From Oscillospiraceae bacterium (GTDB taxonomy: Bacteria; Bacillota; Clostridia; Oscillospirales; CAG-272): 64,000 nucleotides of DNA. A model generated the notes under the pieces. The model was not told the DNA's origin. It did not search any database and saw only the letters and a program-made list of their open reading frames with translations. Positions 36,331-42,803 of the stretch are shown piece after piece; within the stretch, counting starts at the first letter, position 1; each line of letters begins with the position of its first letter. The stretch spans positions 2,417-66,416 of the forward strand of contig SVRR01000002.1 in NCBI GenBank assembly GCA_015064745.1. Reading direction: 5' to 3'. The position numbers and the translations under genes are program-made.

Positions 36331-39300
36331 CATGCGGTCGAGAATCGTGTTGCGCTCAAAAAAGAATTTGAGGCAAAGCGCGACGCACGCCCGCTTGTTG
36401 TTGGGCGAGCATCCGCCTATGCCGCAAAGAAGGACGGAATCCGCAAGTACAAGGTCAACGGCAACGAGTATGCCGTATCCAAGAACGGCGACAGCTACGC
36501 GCTGTACGATTACAAAGATAAGGTGGTTTCGAATTCCTTGTCTCTTTCGGAGCTGAAAAACGCTCTGTCCGAATACGACACAAAGCACAACAACGCCCAA
36601 GAAACCACGAAAGATACCGAGAACGCGGCAAAAGAAAAGACCGCCTCCGAAAAGGAAGCGGCAAAGACCAAGCGCGAGAAAAGCCCTGTTGAGAAGAGCT
36701 ACGAGATCGCAAAGAGCAAGGTCGCGAAGTATGACAAGCTGTCCGCGAACGATCAAAGTATGATCCGCAAGATCATCCGTCAAGGCATCGCACTCGGTGT
36801 CAGAGAGGATGTGATCGTATATGCGGCGAACATTGCCGCGAGAACGCACACGGACGTTGTCTTTAACAAGGATATGTGCGCTGTACCGACCAAGGACGGC
36901 AGGTATATCATAGGCTATGCGAACGGCGCATACATCGCATCCGAGAAACGCTTCTATTTCAACCCCGAAGCACAAACGACCGACGGATTTATCATTCACG
37001 AGCTTGATCATGCGATCCGTAAAAGAGTCGGTACTGACGGCGGTGTCACGACGAAGATCTTCAAGAAGGCGATCGACGCGGCTGGAAAAGACACCTATAC
37101 CGAGATCACGAAGAGATACGGTACGAAGACGGATGTCCCGAAAGGTAAATTTATCCCGGGAAAAACCGAGACGACGGAACAAAAGATCTCCAAGACCGAG
37201 GACGAGGTAGAGGCGTTCTACGCCGAGACCGCACTCAAGGACAAGGATATCTTGAAGCATCTGCTTGCGGAAAAACCTACGATCAAACAGCGCATCCTCA
37301 ACTTCTTCAAGGGTGCTTTGTCTGATTACGCATCCATCCCCGAGCTTGACGCCGATGCGAAGAAGTATTACAAGCAGTATCGGAAATGGTTTGCGGAATT
37401 CGAGAAGGATCAGAGAGGCACGCAGATCAATACGAGGTCTGGGGGCGATGGCGGGGATGTGAGGTATTCTGTTGATGAGGACCTGCTGAATTTTGTGAAT
37501 AGCGTACAAAACATGCAGAACAAAAAGATCGTTTCGAGGCGCAAGTACATCATTAGCAAATTAAATGACTCGCACGCAAGGCTGGTAGAAAGTGTCTTTG
37601 AAAACGAATTGCACAAAAAGATTGACCTTTCAGGGTATTCAATCAGTATCGACGGAAGTACAGTTAGTCACATCGAAGAAAAACACGGGAAAAATGGTAC
37701 ATCAGATCACTCTATGAAAGACAATAAAGATGTCGCACGTGTCGGATGGGCTGTCAACAATGCGGATAACGGTTATGCCGCAAGGAAACAGAGCGGCGAA
37801 ATTGATTATAGTTCAAAGTATAAGAACGCAGACGGAACACTCGCTCCCAAAATTATACTTGAAAAAGAGATTGGGGACGAAAAAATTATTGTTGTGGAAT
37901 GCGTTCCCGATGCTTCTTCGAAACAAGTTCACATTGTTAGTGCAAGAAAAATAAAAAACGGAAACGGTCAAGTGCTGAATGTGGAATCAACAGACTCCCC
38001 ACAGCCTACGTCCGAGACGCTTCTTGACGGCATTTCCGCTACTGATAGTGTAGCACAATCTACCGAAAAAAGCAACCCCTCTGACGAAAAAAGTTCGAAA
38101 AAATCCGAAAAAGATTCCGCAGGACACGATCTGACGCAAGAGCAAGCGGAATATTTCAAGGATAGCAAGGTGCGCGACAAGGAAGGCAACCTTCGCGTGA
38201 TGTATCAAGGAGCTGCAGAAGACTTCTCCGTGTTTGATCGCAAGAAGTCCAAGCCGTCAAACCTTTACGGGCGTGGCTTCTACTTCACCGACAGCGTAAC
38301 GAATGCAAATCTGTACGGAAACGCGAGAGCCTTCTATCTCAACATTACTAATCCCCTTTCCACGGACAAGAGGACAATCACTCGTATTCAGATGCGGAAA
38401 TTCCTCAATGCCGTTGCGGAAAATGAGGATTACGGTATCGAAAACTACGGCACGAGCGACGTCGGAGAAGTGCTTGCGTCCGTGTACAGCGGCAAGAGCG
38501 ATTTCGCCATGATTCAGGATGTAAACGCGACCTGCATCGGAGATCTTGTTGCGGCGGTGGAGCTGTTCAATGCCGTAAACGGTACGAGCTATGACGGATT
38601 TATCCTGCCGACGGAATCGGTCACGTTTCAGTCCGCGCAGGCAAAGCTGACCTCGAACAAAGCTCCGACGATTGATCCGAATATCAGCTATTCGTTGCCA
38701 AATGACATGGACGGAGCCCCAATCGATTACGAAAACCTTGACAGCAAATGGTGGATCGAGTATAATGAAATTAAGCTTCCAAGCGATGAGCAATCACGAA
38801 TTCAATCCGAAGCCTTGACATGGGACGCAAAGCATCGTAACGTTTTAAGAACGCGCACCCTTTCAACCGGCATTACATATCGCTACGTGATTGACGATGA
38901 TGGTATTGTTCATGTGTTTGACAGAAGCACATCCAAAAACATTCACGAAAAAGGAGAAAAGTATGATCTCAAAGACAGAAGACAACTTGATCATGCTGTT
39001 GAAAGCTTGCGGTTTGGACAAGGAAACGACCGTAGCGCTGTCGGTGCTCTGCAAGACGGACGAGATGCGGGAGAAGCTTATAGCAGCAATCGTGGGTCTA
39101 TACGATCACAAGAAGGCGAAAAATCCGGATCAAGAGGTGAAAATCGAGGAGCAAGAAATTCAAATGCTCGCTCTAATGCTTTCTACAAAAAGAAAGTCGT
39201 CGAGTACAAATTCACCGAAGGCGGACACGGAACAGTAAGATATAGCGACGGAACGGTAGAAAGATTCTCCCTCCCCTCCGACTTTGACCCCAACACGCCT

Positions 39301-39891
39301 CTGCTCGATGAGAATGGGAAGCCGATCCCTTACGAATCGTTTGTGGATCGTGGCGTACCGTATGCGAGATCGCCCGAAATGAACATGGGTCAGATGCGGA
39401 AGGCGATTGCAAACGCAATGCATTATAAGGTGTACAGCAAAAAGGCAATGCTCGATATCGTGAAGCAGTTCCCGGGCGCGGATCTCCTTCATGCCGCGAC
39501 AAGGGACAAGATCGCAGACAGTATGTGGCAGAGCTTTAATAGCTTTAAGACGACGGAAGAGGCAGAATCCTATATCCGAGATATGGCGCGCTACATACTT
39601 TCCGTTTCCATGAAGGAAGCGAAAGTGCAAAAGCCTGTATCTGATGATGCACAGAGGCGTTTTGAATACATGCGCGCGTATGTGAACGGATTGACGTTTA
39701 CCAAATCCGATCTTGAAGACATCAAGTCCGCAAAGGGCGAGGATGGATACAAGCGTATCATTGGAAGATGGGGCTACAAGGCGCGCAAGAACGGCAAAGA
39801 GCACAAAACCCCCATCCTTGCCTCTTTTTTGTTTTCCTCTTTTGTTCACAAAAAAACTGACCAACTTTTTGACCAATTAAACTTGCTATGA
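36220..39891 (+). CDS. Polyvalent-protein-type multi-domain ORF, 5'-truncated and possibly two genes fused by frame errors
   Basis: 1223 codons without a stop. HELDH at 36997-37011, nuclease-like HIEEKHG segment around 37639-37953, ART-like segment around 38188-38355. No SD, and the first about 25 codons are antisense to the recombinase fragment. Confidence 0.6.
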   Translation: MHHGFFTAVISFSSKALVITLYFARVVDSYFGNEDNVHAVENRVALKKEFEAKRDARPLVVGRASAYAAKKDGIRKYKVNGNEYAVSKNGDSYALYDYKDKVVSNSLSLSELKNALSEYDTKHNNAQETTKDTENAAKEKTASEKEAAKTKREKSPVEKSYEIAKSKVAKYDKLSANDQSMIRKIIRQGIALGVREDVIVYAANIAARTHTDVVFNKDMCAVPTKDGRYIIGYANGAYIASEKRFYFNPEAQTTDGFIIHELDHAIRKRVGTDGGVTTKIFKKAIDAAGKDTYTEITKRYGTKTDVPKGKFIPGKTETTEQKISKTEDEVEAFYAETALKDKDILKHLLAEKPTIKQRILNFFKGALSDYASIPELDADAKKYYKQYRKWFAEFEKDQRGTQINTRSGGDGGDVRYSVDEDLLNFVNSVQNMQNKKIVSRRKYIISKLNDSHARLVESVFENELHKKIDLSGYSISIDGSTVSHIEEKHGKNGTSDHSMKDNKDVARVGWAVNNADNGYAARKQSGEIDYSSKYKNADGTLAPKIILEKEIGDEKIIVVECVPDASSKQVHIVSARKIKNGNGQVLNVESTDSPQPTSETLLDGISATDSVAQSTEKSNPSDEKSSKKSEKDSAGHDLTQEQAEYFKDSKVRDKEGNLRVMYQGAAEDFSVFDRKKSKPSNLYGRGFYFTDSVTNANLYGNARAFYLNITNPLSTDKRTITRIQMRKFLNAVAENEDYGIENYGTSDVGEVLASVYSGKSDFAMIQDVNATCIGDLVAAVELFNAVNGTSYDGFILPTESVTFQSAQAKLTSNKAPTIDPNISYSLPNDMDGAPIDYENLDSKWWIEYNEIKLPSDEQSRIQSEALTWDAKHRNVLRTRTLSTGITYRYVIDDDGIVHVFDRSTSKNIHEKGEKYDLKDRRQLDHAVESLRFGQGNDRSAVGALQDGRDAGEAYSSNRGSIRSQEGEKSGSRGENRGARNSNARSNAFYKKKVVEYKFTEGGHGTVRYSDGTVERFSLPSDFDPNTPLLDENGKPIPYESFVDRGVPYARSPEMNMGQMRKAIANAMHYKVYSKKAMLDIVKQFPGADLLHAATRDKIADSMWQSFNSFKTTEEAESYIRDMARYILSVSMKEAKVQKPVSDDAQRRFEYMRAYVNGLTFTKSDLEDIKSAKGEDGYKRIIGRWGYKARKNGKEHKTPILASFLFSSFVHKKTDQLFDQLNLL
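38963..39238 (+). CDS. Out-of-frame embedded ORF (91 aa) with strong SD
   Basis: AAGGAG (38951-38956) plus 6 nt plus ATG. MISKTEDNLIMLLKACGLDKETTVALSVLCKTDEMREKLIAAIVGLY... Its codons end in G/C, like host genes. The big-ORF frame here is low-complexity with rare codons. Confidence 0.45.
   Translation: MISKTEDNLIMLLKACGLDKETTVALSVLCKTDEMREKLIAAIVGLYDHKKAKNPDQEVKIEEQEIQMLALMLSTKRKSSSTNSPKADTEQ
39824..39841. repeat. T-rich direct repeat, right copy (CTTTTTTGTTTTCCTCTT)
   Basis: See the left copy. Confidence 0.35.
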
Positions 39892-39930
39892 CCAAGTTCG
39901 ACCAATTTTTTTGACCAACTTTTTGACGAA
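39857..39930 (+). repeat. Iteron-like block of GACCAA hexamers
   Basis: GACCAA at 39859, 39871, 39890, 39900 and 39913; GACGAA at 39925. TGACCAACTTTTTGAC occurs twice (39858-39873 and 39912-39927). Confidence 0.6.
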
Positions 39931-40030
39931 CTAAAGACTATATAAAAACTATGGAAAAAGTCGATAAAACCCCGCGGATAAAGGAAAAAGACTACCTAAA
40001 ATCCTACTTTTTGGGTAGTTTTTAGATAGT

Positions 40031-40052
40031 CTTTTTGGCGCAGAGGGAGGGA
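40031..40052. repeat. 22-bp perfect duplicate of the tRNA-Ser 3' end plus 5 flanking nt (partner 40205-40226)
   Basis: CTTTTTGGCGCAGAGGGAGGGA occurs at both positions; att-like direct repeat. Confidence 0.85.
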
Positions 40053-40174
40053 GGCTCACGCTTCGCTCGAAGGCGTCACGCCTTGCCACCGCTTCGCAAG
40101 CGAGCGGTGCTCTGCGGCGGACGACCGAACCCTCATCCGCTATGCGGATAGGGTTTTCACCGACCGACTGAGTC

Positions 40175-40210
40175 AAAAAGAAACCCACCCCGAAGGGTGG
40201 GTTTCTTTTT
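40175..40210 (-). terminator. tRNA-Ser terminator
   Basis: Minus strand: GAAACCCACCC-TTCG-GGGTGGGTTTC + T5. Confidence 0.8.
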
Positions 40211-40298
40211 GGCGCAGAGGGAGGGATTCGAACCCTCGTGTGATTGCTCACAAACTGATTTCGAGTCAGCCCCGTTATGACCACTTCGATACCTCTGC
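40210..40298 (-). tRNA. tRNA-Ser (anticodon CGA), 89 nt with long variable arm and encoded CCA
   Basis: Hand-folded. Acceptor GCAGAGG/CCTCTGC, anticodon loop CU-CGA-AA, variable arm TGTGAGCAATCACA, T arm GAGGG-TTCGAAT-CCCTC, then G-CCA. Confidence 0.9.
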
Positions 40299-40342
40299 GT
40301 ATTAAATTGTGCATTGCAAACATACGAGATGCGTACTTCGGT

Positions 40343-40371
40343 ATTATATCATAACTTTTGGCATTTTTCAA
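40343..40371 (-). promoter_or_regulatory. Predicted promoter of tRNA-Ser
   Basis: Minus strand: TTGAAA, 17-nt spacer, TATAAT. About 38-nt leader. Confidence 0.55.
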
Positions 40372-40442
40372 GGGGTTTGCATGAAAAACTTAAAAAAATA
40401 ATAAATGAGCTAAAAAGCAATGGTTGGTTTTTGCTTTTGAAT

Positions 40443-41246
40443 TTATCTCATATAAAAAGGAAGCCTTGAATTTTCCTTTGCTTCCAGCGCAAGGTTTCTC
40501 GTGCGCGTGACGACGGCGACGGAAACAGCAATGATCTCCCGCGCGCCCACATCTTTTAAAAGCTTCGCGGCGGTGCGCATGGAAGCACCACTCGTCACTA
40601 CGTCATCAACGAGCAAAACGCGCTTTCCTGCCACTTTTTTCTCGGCACCTTTGCGCAAAAACAAACTCTCCTCGGTGTTCCTTTGGCGTGCCGCGGCGGT
40701 GTGAAGTGCCTTTTGCGGCTTTGCGCGCATAGAACGCTTAAGCGTCTTGCGGAAGGAAAGTCCCAGCGCGTCGCTCAATTCCTTTGCCAAGCGTTCCGAT
40801 TGGTCAAAGCCGTATTCGAGAACACGGTCGGGCGTGCGCGGCATATAGGTAACGGTGTAATCTTCATCAAGCGGGAGCAGGGTGCTTACCGTTCTTGCCA
40901 ATTCATCCCCAAGAAAACGAAAGCAGGTGTTCACATCGTTTTTCTTAAAGCGGTAAAGAATACGGTTGCCGACTGCCTCATAATCGTCCGAGAGATAGCG
41001 GTAAAGCTTGACATGCTTGTGGATGATACTACGGTCAAACGCCGTATCCGCGCAAAGGCAGTTGCAAAGGGAACGTCCGCACATACCGCACTCGGAAAGC
41101 TTAGCGGCACGGTACTCCGAGGCGCAGTCCTCGCAAAAGACCTCGTTTTCGCCGATCACCTCACCGCAGGCGATGCAACGGCAAACGCAAAGGTAGTGCG
41201 CCACACGGTAAAGAAAGGTGCGAAAACGGCTTCGCTTGTTCTCCAT
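40443..41246 (-). CDS. comFC: ComF-family protein (double zinc ribbon plus phosphoribosyltransferase domain)
   Basis: CxxC pairs at the N-terminus and the PRTase motif VLLVDDVVTSGAS. Confidence 0.85.
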   Translation of the reverse strand: MENKRSRFRTFLYRVAHYLCVCRCIACGEVIGENEVFCEDCASEYRAAKLSECGMCGRSLCNCLCADTAFDRSIIHKHVKLYRYLSDDYEAVGNRILYRFKKNDVNTCFRFLGDELARTVSTLLPLDEDYTVTYMPRTPDRVLEYGFDQSERLAKELSDALGLSFRKTLKRSMRAKPQKALHTAAARQRNTEESLFLRKGAEKKVAGKRVLLVDDVVTSGASMRTAAKLLKDVGAREIIAVSVAVVTRTRNLALEAKENSRLPFYMR

Positions 41247-41273
41247 TGTGTAAGCACTCCTTTACATTTTGAG

Positions 41274-42251
41274 TTATTCCGGCTTGCACGTACCGCACGC
41301 CTTGAAGCCGCGCGATAGGAGTGAAGTGAGCGTCTCGTAAGTTTCTTGCTTATTGTGCGCCGCCATATCGGCAACGCCTGAGCATTCGGGACGGTGTATA
41401 CGTCTTGACGAAATGTTCAACACGTAAAGTGTTTCTCCTTGCTCGTAGGAGGGCGGTTCGGGAAGCTCCTCGCCGGAAAGGGCGCTGTCACCCGTCGTGT
41501 AATCGATCACAATGCCCGGTTGCACATTGTAAGCAAAAACAGCAAAGCAGATGCCCTCGCCGTCATCCTCCACCGATTTCGCTTCCATCAGTACGCCCGA
41601 CGCGACGAGATTGTTTCCGTCAAATACGGGGGTCACGCGGAAGAGAACGTGATTTTCCGTTTCCTTTACGTAGGAAGCAATCATGTTTTCAAAGGGAAGC
41701 ATGCCTTCAATGTTAAGATAGCGCGTACCTGTGATGAGGTTTTCGCGGTTGGCGTTCTCACCCGTCAGCTGGAAGCCGATAAGGTGGCATCGGTTGTAAA
41801 GATATCTGCCGTCGACCAGATCCTTGTCGTATTCCTTGTTTAACCAGCCCGATGGCGTGACGCCGCTGATATCGCCGCGCTTTTCCGTTGGCATAATATC
41901 AATACCCACAGAGGAAATACAAACGGTGCATCTGCCGAGCGCATCAAGCGTGCCGTAGGTCTCGTAAGAGTCGGTCACAAGGTCTTCTTCTGTGAAATTC
42001 GGCTCACCGTTGTTAACGTATACGAACGCCTTGCCGGAATAGCGCGGAATATCCGAAAGGAGACAGATCGTTCCAACAGGGGACGAGCTTGTACCGATAC
42101 CGCTGTTATCTACAATGGTAATGGAGTCGCCGTCCGACGGACCTCCTGCATCGGGACCGAAGGGAAATGCGGGAATTTCACAGGAGGTAAAAAGAAAGAG
42201 TAAGGCTAAAAGCAGTGCAAAAAGCTTGGTTGATAATTTCATTTTCGTCAT
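41274..42251 (-). CDS. Secreted lipoprotein DNA/RNA non-specific endonuclease (NucA/EndA-like) with C-terminal Ada-type Zn-binding motif
   Basis: Lipobox LFTSC. YNRCHLIGFQLTGENANRENLITGTRYLN. C-terminal RIHRPECSGV...GFKACGTCKP. Confidence 0.85.
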   Translation of the reverse strand: MTKMKLSTKLFALLLALLFLFTSCEIPAFPFGPDAGGPSDGDSITIVDNSGIGTSSSPVGTICLLSDIPRYSGKAFVYVNNGEPNFTEEDLVTDSYETYGTLDALGRCTVCISSVGIDIMPTEKRGDISGVTPSGWLNKEYDKDLVDGRYLYNRCHLIGFQLTGENANRENLITGTRYLNIEGMLPFENMIASYVKETENHVLFRVTPVFDGNNLVASGVLMEAKSVEDDGEGICFAVFAYNVQPGIVIDYTTGDSALSGEELPEPPSYEQGETLYVLNISSRRIHRPECSGVADMAAHNKQETYETLTSLLSRGFKACGTCKPE

Positions 42252-42652
42252 CTCCTATAAAATTCTACGGTAATCTTTTCGTGCGAGTAACCTGCAAACT
42301 CTTCGCTTTTATGAAGAGAAAAGCCCTCGCGCACAAGGCTCTTTGTATCAAAGGATACGTCGGAGGGATAAAGCGCGTTCCAAAGGAAGAGCACGACCTC
42401 ATCCACACCCGAAAAACTGACGGGAAGATTTTCGATCAAGACAAAATCCTCCGCCTCCGCATCCTTTTGCGGCGCCTCGGTGACGGTGATATCACCGCCT
42501 TCTTTAAATTGCTTGGCGGAATACGGATTCATCAGCAATCGCTTATCCGCCGTCATGCTTAAAATATATTCTCTTGCCTTGCGGTCTTGACTCTGGCGGC
42601 GACGGTTGAACAGCATCCCCCCGCGCTCGTCGAGAAACAGAATGAGCTTCAT
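42248..42652 (-). CDS. 134-aa cytoplasmic hypothetical protein translationally coupled to the nuclease gene
   Basis: AGGAGG plus 6 nt plus ATG (MKLILFLDERGGMLFNRRRQSQDR...). Stop overlaps the nuclease ATG (ATGA). The track ORF's 92-codon extension crosses a terminator. Confidence 0.6.
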   Translation of the reverse strand: MKLILFLDERGGMLFNRRRQSQDRKAREYILSMTADKRLLMNPYSAKQFKEGGDITVTEAPQKDAEAEDFVLIENLPVSFSGVDEVVLFLWNALYPSDVSFDTKSLVREGFSLHKSEEFAGYSHEKITVEFYRR

Positions 42653-42714
42653 GCTTGCCTCCTTGATCGTTTGTTTTATTTTACCATTGATTGCATCGCT
42701 TGTCAAGGGAGAAA

Positions 42715-42750
42715 ATAAAAAAGCGGGACAGAGAAGGGCTCTGTCCCGCT
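42715..42750 (-). terminator. Terminator downstream of the GH31-like gene
   Basis: Minus strand: AGCGGGACAGAG-loop-CTCTGTCCCGCT + T6. Confidence 0.8.
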
Positions 42751-42803
42751 CGGGTTGCGACCGCTTTGGCGTTTGCATGTCCTTTGGATTCGTGAAAAGC
42801 TTT

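Larger units (their letters stand above)
35932..40204. mobile_element. Eroded integrative/conjugative-element or prophage remnant adjacent to tRNA-Ser
   Basis: Contains only a recombinase fragment, a start-less polyvalent-type ORF, GACCAA repeats and a tRNA 3'-end duplicate. See findings. Confidence 0.5.

Noticed and set aside
35968-37509. 513-aa minus-strand ORF.
   Set aside because: Only the last roughly 110 codons (35968 to about 36330) look like protein (serine recombinase tail). The rest is antisense shadow of the plus-strand polyvalent ORF and has Leu/Arg/Val-rich junk composition.
39951-40025. Tiny ORFs in spacers: 24 aa MEKVDKTPRIKEKDYLKSYFLGSF, and a 26-aa ORF at about 50634-50714.
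   Set aside because: They have no SD, lie within repeat or hairpin-rich non-coding DNA, and nothing distinguishes them from chance.
39949-40371. 140-aa minus-strand ORF.
   Set aside because: It runs straight through tRNA-Ser, its terminator and the GC-rich hairpins. It has no SD and is an artefact of open frame in structured RNA-coding DNA.
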